Below are positions 1 through 10,415 of a DNA stretch of 64,000 nt, one piece after another (position 1 is the stretch's first letter; each line of letters starts with the position of its first letter). Under the pieces are notes generated by a model. It saw only the letters and a program-made list of their open reading frames with translations. It was not told the origin of the DNA and made no database searches. The stretch comes from Ruditapes philippinarum. Taxonomy: Eukaryota. The stretch covers positions 1 through 64,000 of the forward strand of contig NW_026866837.1 of NCBI RefSeq assembly GCF_026571515.1. Reading direction: 5' to 3'. The position numbers and the translations under genes were made by a program.

Positions 1-705
1 TGATTTTATAAACTTTTATTGCGCGAGAATTTTAAAATGACGGCCTAACCCCGCAGTGTCGCAATAAACAGAGAACCTTATCGGCCACAAATCGCTATTT
101 GAACGTAAAATCCACATGCCTTCATTTTGTCCACTGGTAATATTATCGAAGATTTTAGATAACCAACCCTGACCGTATTACACCCTACCTGGGACAAATA
201 AAAACATCGGTAAATAAATACTGGATGAAACATACAATAGTGAACTAAAGACACTAGTTTTTGTAGAGTGCGGTATTGTAAAAAATTAAAAATGAATCAT
301 AGAGGAGTTAACATGATATGTATAACCGTATTATTTCAGCTTAATGTTGATTGGGTCCGGTTTTTCTGACTTTTATCTATCAAAGTTGTTTTGTCCAACT
401 ATTGTTATAATACGATGTTTGTGTAGGCGTCCGTCTTTGGTCAATCCTTCGTCAAATATCACGCTTGCTTGTTATTGCTTTTAAACATCGATTAAATGAA
501 GATAAAAGAAAAGTAAAGAGGACACTAGAATGAAAAAAATGTTTGTTGTCCACCCTTAAACGTGGTCAGTGTGGAAAACTATCTTGATAAAGTAAAATGT
601 TTCACAAATGTATTATAGACTGATTTAGTACGGACTATTGTTTCATGCAAGACCATGCCGCCTCTAGCAGACCTGGCGCGTCACCTTTAGCAGGTGATAA
701 ATAGA

Positions 706-1100
706 TGAGGGATATTGCACTTTTTCATAATCCCTCATGTACAACCTCAATCAAACCGAGTCTGAAATTTTCATGTAATTTTGTTGATATGACTGCTCAC
801 GAGGGATCACCCTTTTTCCAGATATCTATACTTCACAACGGCAGATGTCAACTGCCGTGTGGTAGATGTAAAAGCTGCCCCGTACTTCACACTTCAGTGT
901 TGTTACATTTTCCTTTGGGATCATTGATTCCAGCGCATTTAGTGTTGAAAATGGAGTACCGCTCAAGCCGGTGCTAGGGTTGCGTGAGGGATGTTGCACT
1001 TTTTCATAATCCCTCATGTACAACCTCAATCAAACCGTGTCTGCAATTTTCATGTAATTTTGTTGATTTGTGCTTTCGGAAGATCACCATTTTTCCAGAT
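706..1100. repeat. Direct repeat (about 115 bp, 279-bp offset)
   Basis: GAGGGAT.TTGCACTTTTTCATAATCCCTCATGTACAACCTCAATCAAACCG... at about 706 and about 985. Confidence 0.85.
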
Positions 1101-2039
1101 TTTAATATTTTAATCGTTATGTTAAACGTACAGGTACGGCATGCATGTACCGTATATTTTAGAACTTGCTGTGCCCCCACAATTTATAATGACTAAGCAA
1201 TAAATGCTTTGATCAGTTGGAACAATGGTGATAAAGTATTCCGTATGGTAATAAACTGTGAGTATAATCACCTTGATAAACATGCAGTATTAAATATTCA
1301 TTAGCAATCAGAAAATTTTAGAGCTAATAAATTCATTTTATTGTTTGAAAACGCTAAACATGTTGCGGATACTAGATATTGGCAAAAATAAATACAACAA
1401 TGGTCGAACCATTTATGTTCAGCAAAGATTTTTTTATCGTTCCAGTAAATAAGCTAACCCTTTAAAAACGTTGTCAATCTGGGGACAATCGCAACTTTCC
1501 GGCCTTTTTTTTTATCCTTTTCCCTTTATTTGCCGGTATGCTTTCAAATCGCTGCTCATGATGCTAGCAGAAGGCAATGGTCAACATTATCAAGCATATT
1601 AGACACTATTAAAACAATCTGGATCAGTCAAAACATAACGTTCCATCGTTTTTAATACATTTATGATCGAGGACACATAGGTCTGAATTAGGCCGTTATA
1701 TGTTATTGCGCGAAAACTAAACCTTACAAAACTTTATTCATATGGAAAAAAATGCCGTTGCTTTTATGGTGTCGTCCGCTACTAAGGCCGGTTACCTAGA
1801 ACCAAAGGGAGATAAATGCAATATTTTTTGTGTTCCGTCATGTTGGATTTATCTTTCTTTCTTAATAACTGCCGCTATAGAATAATTATTTTTTAAACGT
1901 AATATCCCCAATGAATATAATATGCCATTATTTTACCGAGACCTTGACCTTTTGATTATTATAGATGCATGTATATAATGCATCAACGGTCAATTAAATC
2001 GAGAAAGAGGTCTCCCAAGCTTAAATGTTATGCACGTAC

Positions 2040-2093
2040 CTTCATTTTCGGTACTGTCGGGTCCTGGACCGGAGTCTTTAATAATGGTAACGT
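2040..2093 (-). CDS. Possible exon of an unidentified host gene (DVTIIKDSGPGPDSTENE)
   Basis: Acceptor ttttcttttccAG and donor AAG|GTACGT, phase 1-1, in frame with 3108-3192. Confidence 0.35.
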
Positions 2094-2570
2094 CTGGAAA
2101 AGAAAAATAAAGATAGAAAACCTTAAAACTATAGAGTAAATTTGTCCAATGTTCATTGAGAAATTTTATTACATTTTCTGCAAACCATTGTTTATGTTCT
2201 TGTAAACGCATGTACCGTGTTTGTCCCTACCTTAACACCCAATCTATTACATAGGAAAAATGTAAAGTGGAAGTGCATTGGGTTGAATTTGAACCGAACT
2301 GTTGTTATTTTAAATGGTTTGAATTATAAAATTGTTAAGATTGTGCATCCAATAGTATAGAGTTTGATGAGCACTGGTATGCAGGTTAGTCTGTCTCCTG
2401 TACTAAAGTGTGTTGGGGGAGGGGCATAGTCATGTCACTATCATCGTAGGCATTTGCTGAATTTCGCTCTGCTTGGCTGTTAAACCGTTGAATTTAAATA
2501 AAGGATTTCAATATCAAAATTTAAAATGAACTACCAACTGGTAAATGTTTGTCATTTTCGGTTGTGCAGA

Positions 2571-2921
2571 TTAAAGGCCCAATATGCCCTCACCCCCAAA
2601 TGCTTTTATTTTAATTTTCTCAAAAGGTTTTATATTTAGTGTTCAATGTTACTCATTGGCCAATTACCTGAATCAAATTTTGTTTCTTTTGCTTTCTGGA
2701 ACTGTAGTGCTTTATTATTTTGTATGGAAGTAAAAATAACTAATTTGTTTACAATTTGCTACATTTAAATTATAACAAATATTTTCACATTCAGTGCTTC
2801 TTTCATCAGGTGATAACCAAATATCATGGTCTAAACACTTTATTTAAGCGTAAAAAACTCAAGTATGCCGTTTCTATGGAATGAAAAATATATTCTACTC
2901 TGAGGCATAATGTGCCTTTAA
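2571..2921. mobile_element. TTAA-flanked MITE (Kolobok-like termini)
   Basis: TTAAAGGCCCAATATGCCCT ... GAGGCATAATGTGCCTTTAA form imperfect TIRs of about 20 bp. Confidence 0.55.
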
Positions 2922-2934
2922 AGGTTAAACGATT

Positions 2935-3081
2935 ATATGAGCCGCGTCACGACAAAACCAACGTAATGCTGTTCGCGCGAACGGCATGGATCCTGATCAG
3001 ACTGCGCGGAGGCGCAGGCTGGTCTGGATCCATGCTGGTCGCAAACGCATTACGTTGGTTTTGTCGTGACGCGGCTCATAT
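2935..3081. mobile_element. Palindromic MITE family A (internally deleted copy)
   Basis: ATATGAGCCGCGTCACGACAAAACCAAC ... GTTGGTTTTGTCGTGACGCGGCTCATAT. Confidence 0.85.
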
Positions 3082-3107
3082 GTAATAATGTAGATTATAA
3101 GCTTTAC

Positions 3108-3192
3108 CTTCGTTTACAAGATTTTGGTCTGGATCTTTCAGTGATGCAAACACTTCAGGACCATCTTCTTCTAATTTACAATCTAGCGGAAT
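3108..3192 (-). CDS. Possible exon of an unidentified host gene (IPLDCKLEEDGPEVFASLKDPDQNLVNE)
   Basis: Acceptor ttttatttctAG and donor AAG|GTAAAG, open frame. Phase-compatible with 2040-2093. No recognisable domain. Confidence 0.35.
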
Positions 3193-3846
3193 CTAGAAAT
3201 AAAACAACATTGTTCTTGTCAGAATAACACACAAGGCACGTGCTTAACAAATTATACCAAAGGAAGAATGCAACATTAAACATTTTTTGTCAGGCATTCC
3301 CATTTTTTCTAATTCTTTTTTTTAAACAGGCAAATGACATATCACCCATTTTCTTTAGCATTACACAATGCTATTACAAGAATTAAGTGAGGGACTGAGG
3401 GACAAAACATTTCGTTCGTTTATGCAGACATGTTACCTGTAATAGTTTTAAATCAGCAAAATTACTTCCTTTTTTTGCAATGATAATTTCAGTCGGATAG
3501 TTTTGTAATGCTTGAGTGGTACACATGTTTAATCTTAACTATCTAGGATGGGCAAGGACAAGTAACTGTAACCTATAAATTGTTTCGGTGAAATGTATGA
3601 TTAAGTTATTTGAATACAATGAAGAGGTAGACCAAAAATAAATTACATTGTTCCATTTTTTTCTGTCTGCCTTTTAAAGTGATAAAGAATATGAGCGATT
3701 TTCGTCAGCTGTTGCATAGATTACGTCTCAATTTTCTTACTTTTCACCAGTTTTTTTGTTCATAATTTAATAATTATTCGGCAACGCTTTCCTTAAGTAT
3801 CCTGATTAGTGGGTTATTGCGGAAGTACAGAGTGTACTGTTACGAC

Positions 3847-4076
3847 ATTTGAGCCGCGTCATGACAAAACCAACATAATGGGTTTGCGACCAGCATGGAT
3901 CCAGACCAGCCTGCACATCCGCGCAGTCTGATCAGGATCCGTGCTGTTCGCTTACCCAACTCTATTACAAAGCGAACAGCATGGATCCTGACCAGCCTGC
4001 GCGGATGCGCAGGCTGGTCTGGATCCATGCTGGTCGCAAACCCATTATGTTGGTTTTGTCGTGACGCGACTCATTT
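3847..4076. mobile_element. Palindromic MITE family A
   Basis: Near-perfect foldback with TIRs of about 100 bp, TGAGCCGCGTCATGACAAAACC...; five copies in the window. Confidence 0.9.
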
Positions 4077-4535
4077 AAGGTCTATAAATCTGATGTTAAT
4101 GTGGTAAAGATGTTAATGATGTATTGTAATCTATTCGTCTTAACACCACAAAATGCAAATAGTCTCGTACTTAAAAGTGCTTCGCTTAACATATAGTAGT
4201 CTTAAAGGCATATATGCACCGACAAACGCAAAACTGACTTTAAAAACAAAGTTACATGGTCGAATTAAAACAAGATTTATTCGTATTCCAAGAAAACCTA
4301 CTGGTAATAGCAGTTTGCATTTTAGGCATAACAAATGAAGGGGAGGAGGAACTCCTTTTTATTCATCTACTATTGTATATATTAATTCGATACATTATAT
4401 TACATTTAATTAAATTTTTCAATGGAAAATTGTTACAAAGACTTCTAAAGCTGAAATTGTTTCAGGAATTGAGTACAAAGGTTTTGCTCCAGGTTAAGAG
4501 TTATGACCCTTTGATTTTTAGAAGCGACGTTAGTA

Positions 4536-4736
4536 AGTAGTCAAGGGGGGGAGGATAGAACACTTTTTTTGAGTAAAAAAACAAAATCACTTAAGCGTAA
4601 CGACAGCGCGCCGCCATCTTGGAACATTGAGTCTTCGTCTCACGTTACTAACGTCCGCCATATTGCGCCGACGGATCTGGCGGATCATATTGGTATATCT
4701 AGCAGACGACAGTTTAACTTGTCCGCCAAAATTTGA
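4536..4736 (+). repeat. Left terminal inverted repeat (201 bp) of the Polinton
   Basis: Reverse complement of 13769-13969; no mismatch found by manual comparison. Confidence 0.95.
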
Positions 4737-5271
4737 TCTTTTTACAAAGTATTTGTTTTAAGCTGGATTTTAAACCTCTGTAGCAGACGTTCTTTTTCCA
4801 ATTAAAGGTATAGGGCGGTTTAAACCCTCAGTGAAGTAAAATAAGTATTTCATATTAGAGGAAAAATAATTTTACTCGGCCTTTTGAAATGCAACCATGC
4901 TGAAACTAAGCGTACACTCTACATACAAACGGCCTGTTTTGTTTAACGCTATTTTCTATGTAAAGTTGACGTAGAGATGTCTACATGCTTTAACCTACAG
5001 TCTATGGGGTAAATAAAACGAACATAAAAAGCAGAACCAGATTTTGTGACTTTAGACGTATTTTATTTACAGTTATTACAACATAGAATATGCAAGAAAC
5101 AAATGTAAAATACATAAATACAATGCATATACTTTCAAGTAAATACGCTACAATCACAGGAGTCTATAGAGGGGGGTGTTTTTTTTTTAAGATAGACTTT
5201 CTGTGGCTTATTGATAGAATTTCAGACTCCTGTGCTACAATAAACTTAATATTGTGATTTTCAATATATTA

Positions 5272-8200
5272 TTAATAACCGTAAGGGAACGAATTGTAGT
5301 TTTCAGAGATCACTCTCTTGTCAAACACAATTTTATAGTCTTTTATTTCTGTCTTTGTTATGATGTGACACATTTCTCTGTTTCTAACGATTTTATTTCT
5401 GTCCACAACTTTAACGCATTGATTTTGCATCTGTCCCGTTACCATATCTTTCAGTGTATCAAAATTAATGTCCAGTGAATTCTTAAAATTTAGCGTAATT
5501 CCCCTGACTTTACAAATTGAAGATTGACCTTTTTTGTTTGGCTTTTCTAAACAATATGCGTAGTTCTTAGGCCCCCCGGTGATGAATCTAGTTATTTGAT
5601 TGTTTGGAACTTCATCCGTTAAATCTCCCAGGAAGTCACCTAATGGAGGATCCCACTCACCCTGTACAGAGGTGAACACAACAGAATCGGTATCACAATA
5701 CAAAACTCTTTCACCTAATGGTTGTAAATAACTGTACAATTTCAAACGGGCTTGAGCGGTTGTGTATGCAGCCACAACAACATTGGTTCTACCTGATGTT
5801 TCTATGAAATCAGTATTATATGCCCAGTCTAACTGGACTGCTTCATCATTTATAAAACGTACGTTCTTGATTTCTTGTTGGTCAGATGTCATCATATCAA
5901 TGAATTGAGATGGATCATCAATAAAGGTTGTTTGCGTAAGGTTGGAACGTTGTCCAAATTTCCCCCAGAAAGAGTTAAGAATAATTTTAGCTAAAAGTCT
6001 CAGACCAGGATTTTCTTCAATCTTATCATAATCTAGTAAAATACCTTCTTTATCAAAATACTGCTTAATATACAATTGTTTGTCTTTTTCATTTTCACAC
6101 CAGTCTGGCCAACCACTGGCTTCCTGTTTGACTTTCAAGAAAGTATTCACATATTCTGTAAAAAGCCCACCTGTTTTGGTACACGGGTCGTATTGAGCTA
6201 TTTCAGTGAAATGCCAAACTTCGTAAATGGTAAGTAACTTATAACCTTGTGATAAAGCCATCTTAACTTCATCAGTGACCCAAGTGCCTGTAATGGCCCT
6301 TTCATCGTCACCGTGGGGACATTCTCCATTTTTATATGTTTCACTACAGGTGCGACAAAGAGTGAACATAAGCTTACCATTGCATTTGTTTGGCAGGACG
6401 GGAATATACAGTTTTCTTGGAGGTAGAATTTTGCATTTAATTAACCCTTCGTAATAGCTTATATTCTTAAAATTTTCAGTGATTATATTTGGATGGCCTA
6501 ATGGTATTTTCCCTGTTTTATTGATGAATGGATACAGAGATGTGACATCAAAGTACTTAATCTGAGTATCAGCCGTGGACTTTGCATACATTTTAAATGC
6601 TTCAGTGCGTCCACCATGGAAGGCATCTCTCGGTTCTAACGGGGACACAATTTCCAAAGATTCGATGTACTTTTTCATGATAGGATTGGACTCTAATTTC
6701 TTTTTGAAATCACATTCCCATATACTTTCATAAATATACCCTTCAGATTCAAGATACGTTTGCTTATCAAGGGTGTTTGTATATAATTCAGACATGGATA
6801 ATCCATTCACCCGATTAATTGTGTTTTTAGAAAAACATTTAGGGCAGCCATGCCAGAAATCGCCATGAAATTCTAGAACAACTTTTTGACCTTCTGCTGT
6901 TTCATAGTACCCATCAACTTTATATGGTCCTATTTGTTTCTCCCCCTTATTTCGGCCATGTTGGATATATATTTGCCTTTCAAATGCAAGGTAGGATAAC
7001 CATTGATAAGCCATGACTGACTGTTTGGCCTCGGGGCGGTAACCATGAGACGGGATGATACCAATAGTTTCATGATTCAAGAAAAGACTCCTAAAAACAA
7101 GATTACAAGCTGATGCTATTGTAATGCATTTCTCAAATGGGTCTATTCCATCATTGTCCGATGTTTGAGTGAGTTCTTTGAACAGTGTTCTGAATTTTAG
7201 ACAACATTTTCTAAGAATATCAACATCAGATTGACAGTAACGTAATAATTCTGTCTGCAGTGAGAAGGGTTTGTGGCTATTGATAGCATACCACTTTAAA
7301 AACTTCTGACGTGATTCTGGCCTCATGCTGTCGGGGTTGTAATACTTAATGTCAGGCAGATGATCAAGTTCTACCGAGTAATTTTCCGTCGTATTAAATA
7401 GATGAGGAAAGTACCCTTTTGCCAGTTCAGTTTCTCCAAAAGCTTTAGGCATGTCTGCAAGGGCCATTGGAATGAAATTCAGAGAGTCAATGAATCTTAT
7501 TTGAAAGATAGGTACTACAATGGACATGTATTTTGATCCCGTTGTTATCACCTCGGGCAGAATGGCGTTGTCATACAAAAATTTCATGATGGGATAACTA
7601 TCATACCCTTTGAAATTATGACAAAGAACTGTGGCACCCTTATTTTCAACCGTGAATAACCACTTACAGAATGACTCAATGGTATTTGAACCTGAAAACA
7701 CCCATTCATTTGGACCACATTGTGAACACTTTGAAGACGAGGTAACGTCAAGATGCAGACAAGTACTACAAACCCTGTGTGCTACACATAAATTTGCCCT
7801 ATGTTCCATAGATCCACACCAGGACTTCTTACAATTAACACATGTATTGTTAACACCAGGCAGGTAACCAGAAGCGCATTCAAGACGTTTATCCTGTGTA
7901 CATTCAAGATCAAAGAAAATATATTTTGTCTGTTTTTCTCTCTTCGTATCATTTTCAGCTAGAGCGTCATCATCTTTAACCGGTTGCATGTAGCATAAGT
8001 GATTCTCACTAACAAAGTCTTTGCATGTGTCGCAATACTTTTCACCACAAATATGGTCATTTTTATGTTTTGAACGGTTAATAAGTTGGCTGCAATGTTT
8101 GCATCTGTAATACGATTCGCAAGTTGATTTTCCCTTTTCCGTCTTCTTATTGTGCAGATCAAAACAAGTTTGATTTACAAATTTACAGTTGCAGGTTTCA

Positions 8201-9441
8201 CAAAATTGCCAGTCTTCAGACACATCTTCGTGAAGTTTATGGCAAAAGTAGCAAGGGTTATTACACTTATGACGTTCTTTGGTTTGGTATCCTTTCTTAC
8301 ACTTTTGGCAAAAAAAGCTTCTGTTCAAAAATCCTGTCATTGAAGTAATAACGTCATAATGATCATCATGGTTGTAGATGTATATAGGCACACCTCCCTC
8401 TGGTCCTTGATAAATGATGGCATTGAAGTGTGCTTTAGATACTACATGGATCTGATAGTTTACTAGGGCCGCCTGGAATTTCTTCACCTCTTCTATCCCG
8501 CATTTTCCGAGTGGCACGTCCGCTTTTTGATGAAGTTCTTTGGCCAGGTCTCGCTGTATTTGACGACCTTGGCGAATAATATCCCACTGCGGGTGCTTTT
8601 CCACACGAGCTATAGCTGTAGCTAGAGCTCTGCCACAACAAAGTTCATCCTTATTCTTTATTTGTATTACACTTTTCTTGTTCTGTAACATCTGAGTAAT
8701 GTCTACTGTTGGTTTCATTTTGTATCCTGAGCCTTTAACGTTTACGACATGAACCAGTTCTATACCAAATGTCTCGTCAACAACAAACTGCTCATAAGAC
8801 TGTAAAACTCGTTCAATCTCAGAGAGAAGTCTATCAACAGTAAGAGCTGATCTTGGCATAAATGTCAACACAATCGGATAGTCCAGTTCTGGGTTATCCA
8901 TGGACACCCTCACTAAATCATTGGCTGGAATATGTTCTGTAATTCTTGTAAGTATAGATTGAAATATTACTTTTAGTGTTTTTAAAATATTTGGTAAATC
9001 TCTCACTTCCAAGTCCTTGATTTTAATATTATAGTAAGAGGCCGTGGTGTTGAACTTTTCAATTCGTCTTTCGTTTATTTTCACAATGTTATAGTATTCG
9101 GAGGCATTATCCTTTGGTGTTAATTTTTGTCGTTTTCCCGAGCTATTATGTTCGTTATCACCATGAGTTCTTTTCATTCCACTGCCAGTTTGATTTTCAT
9201 GTTGTGAAAAATGTTCATCAAGCGCATCTTTCCTTGTAAAAACTTTAAGGCATTCCGGACAGTGGTGAGAATTTTCGTCTGCATGTTTCTTCATATGACG
9301 ATCTAAGTTCTGTTTTCTGTTAAATGTCTTCTTGCAGCTAGGGCATGTAAATTTTTGCCAATGATTCTCTATTCTTCTGTGCTGAAGCAGTTGACTTAGT
9401 TTAGTGAAACTAGCTCCACACTGTTCGCATGTATAAGCCAT
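5272..9441 (-). CDS. polB: Protein-primed family B DNA polymerase (pPolB, 1389 aa) with N-terminal C2H2 zinc fingers, OTU-like protease, 3'-5' exonuclease and inserted VSR-like nuclease
   Basis: Uninterrupted ORF. ExoI FFDLE, ExoII HNFKGYD, ExoIII YCQSDVDIL. Pol motifs YFDVTSLYP, KIILNSFWGKFGQ, YCDTDS, PKNY. Three C2H2 fingers at the N-terminus. OTU-like dyad NKDELCCGRAL...HYD. VSR-like motif VDGY...EFHGDFWHGC...WEC. Confidence 0.96.
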   Translation of the reverse strand: MAYTCEQCGASFTKLSQLLQHRRIENHWQKFTCPSCKKTFNRKQNLDRHMKKHADENSHHCPECLKVFTRKDALDEHFSQHENQTGSGMKRTHGDNEHNSSGKRQKLTPKDNASEYYNIVKINERRIEKFNTTASYYNIKIKDLEVRDLPNILKTLKVIFQSILTRITEHIPANDLVRVSMDNPELDYPIVLTFMPRSALTVDRLLSEIERVLQSYEQFVVDETFGIELVHVVNVKGSGYKMKPTVDITQMLQNKKSVIQIKNKDELCCGRALATAIARVEKHPQWDIIRQGRQIQRDLAKELHQKADVPLGKCGIEEVKKFQAALVNYQIHVVSKAHFNAIIYQGPEGGVPIYIYNHDDHYDVITSMTGFLNRSFFCQKCKKGYQTKERHKCNNPCYFCHKLHEDVSEDWQFCETCNCKFVNQTCFDLHNKKTEKGKSTCESYYRCKHCSQLINRSKHKNDHICGEKYCDTCKDFVSENHLCYMQPVKDDDALAENDTKREKQTKYIFFDLECTQDKRLECASGYLPGVNNTCVNCKKSWCGSMEHRANLCVAHRVCSTCLHLDVTSSSKCSQCGPNEWVFSGSNTIESFCKWLFTVENKGATVLCHNFKGYDSYPIMKFLYDNAILPEVITTGSKYMSIVVPIFQIRFIDSLNFIPMALADMPKAFGETELAKGYFPHLFNTTENYSVELDHLPDIKYYNPDSMRPESRQKFLKWYAINSHKPFSLQTELLRYCQSDVDILRKCCLKFRTLFKELTQTSDNDGIDPFEKCITIASACNLVFRSLFLNHETIGIIPSHGYRPEAKQSVMAYQWLSYLAFERQIYIQHGRNKGEKQIGPYKVDGYYETAEGQKVVLEFHGDFWHGCPKCFSKNTINRVNGLSMSELYTNTLDKQTYLESEGYIYESIWECDFKKKLESNPIMKKYIESLEIVSPLEPRDAFHGGRTEAFKMYAKSTADTQIKYFDVTSLYPFINKTGKIPLGHPNIITENFKNISYYEGLIKCKILPPRKLYIPVLPNKCNGKLMFTLCRTCSETYKNGECPHGDDERAITGTWVTDEVKMALSQGYKLLTIYEVWHFTEIAQYDPCTKTGGLFTEYVNTFLKVKQEASGWPDWCENEKDKQLYIKQYFDKEGILLDYDKIEENPGLRLLAKIILNSFWGKFGQRSNLTQTTFIDDPSQFIDMMTSDQQEIKNVRFINDEAVQLDWAYNTDFIETSGRTNVVVAAYTTAQARLKLYSYLQPLGERVLYCDTDSVVFTSVQGEWDPPLGDFLGDLTDEVPNNQITRFITGGPKNYAYCLEKPNKKGQSSICKVRGITLNFKNSLDINFDTLKDMVTGQMQNQCVKVVDRNKIVRNREMCHIITKTEIKDYKIVFDKRVISENYNSFPYGY

Positions 9442-9874
9442 GTTTATTGTTGCACGACTGAAACGATAATGAAAAAATAAATATTAGTGTCGAGTTAAGT
9501 AATAAACTTAGAAAAAAGATATATACACAAAAATTAGATTTTGTCTTAATTTTGGTACAAGAAGAAAAAAACTTTTTTAAGAGCCTATAGTTATTTCAAA
9601 TATAAAAAGCCAGGCGAGACTACAAAAAGCCAGGCGAGACTACAAATAGCCAGGCGAGACTACATATTTTACCTTATCGAATTATAAATTATCCTTTCTA
9701 ATATTCGGCACTGATCTTACAGGAAAGAGATTCTCTCTAGAAATGAAGACAAAATAAGGTTCAGTGATTTAAATATCTAACGTTGCGCATGCGCAGAACT
9801 GTTTATTGTACTCTATATAAGATGTGGGTTCGTTTAAAACGTGCCATTTGAGTGCTAGCCAAAGGAGAGTCACG
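9442..9874. promoter_or_regulatory. Putative bidirectional promoter between polB and the ATPase/integrase unit
   Basis: Divergent genes. Three tandem 20-bp repeats AAAWAGCCAGGCGAGACTAC (9604-9663), perfect palindrome TGCGCATGCGCA (9784-9795, NRF1/EWG consensus) and TATATAA (9814-9820). Confidence 0.65.
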
Positions 9875-10214
9875 ATGGAAAATATTACTTGCTCGGTGTG
9901 CAATGAACCGTTTTCTAGTAGATACAGTGTACGTAGACACATAACACGAAAACATTCAGATTTAATTGAAGGAGCTCAGGAGCCACAGGTTGGAGCACCG
10001 CAACACCTCTTTGGAGCATCGGAAAACCATTATGGTACTCCGGTGTACCGGTGCACCGGAGCACCAGGAGCGCATTTTGGAGCACCGGGGCACCATATTG
10101 GTGCACCGGTGCACCAGTGCACCACTCCTCCTCAAACACCTACACTACGATCAGAAGAAAACAATGAAATGGTGTTTCAACATCCCTTCACTATGATGAT
10201 TTCAGGTCCCACAG
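9875..10214 (+). CDS. Polinton packaging-type ATPase, exon 1 (C2H2 finger, GAP-x-H repeats, first half of Walker A)
   Basis: ATG at 9875 lies 55 bp downstream of TATATAA. Reads MENITCSVC...HITRKH...FQHPFTMMISGPT and ends at donor G|GTAAAT (10215), phase 1. Confidence 0.85.
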
Positions 10215-10415
10215 GTAAATACATTCTTACCTTTTTTCTGTAAATTTTATCACCATTTGAGACTATTTTGCCCAATTTTATTCCAGATTTTGATACATAT
10301 TTCTAGATATTTTTTCTACATTTTTTCTTTCAATTTTTCTTTCTTTAAAAAAAAATCATATATTTGCTTAGTTTGAAAAATTTCCAAAATACTAATTTTT
10401 TCTTGTTTTTTTCAG

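Noticed and set aside
3840-4107. ORFs MDPDQPAHPR... (also 36769-36954, 45163-45533)
   Set aside because: Spurious translations of palindromic MITE family A.
6198-8641. Small overlapping ORFs within polB
   Set aside because: Short alternate-frame or antisense shadows with no recognisable motifs.
9824-10243. ORF-track starts at 9824 (GTG), 10364 (TTG), 12432 and 54860
   Set aside because: Non-ATG, intronic or internal starts; spliced models restore conserved motifs and are preferred.
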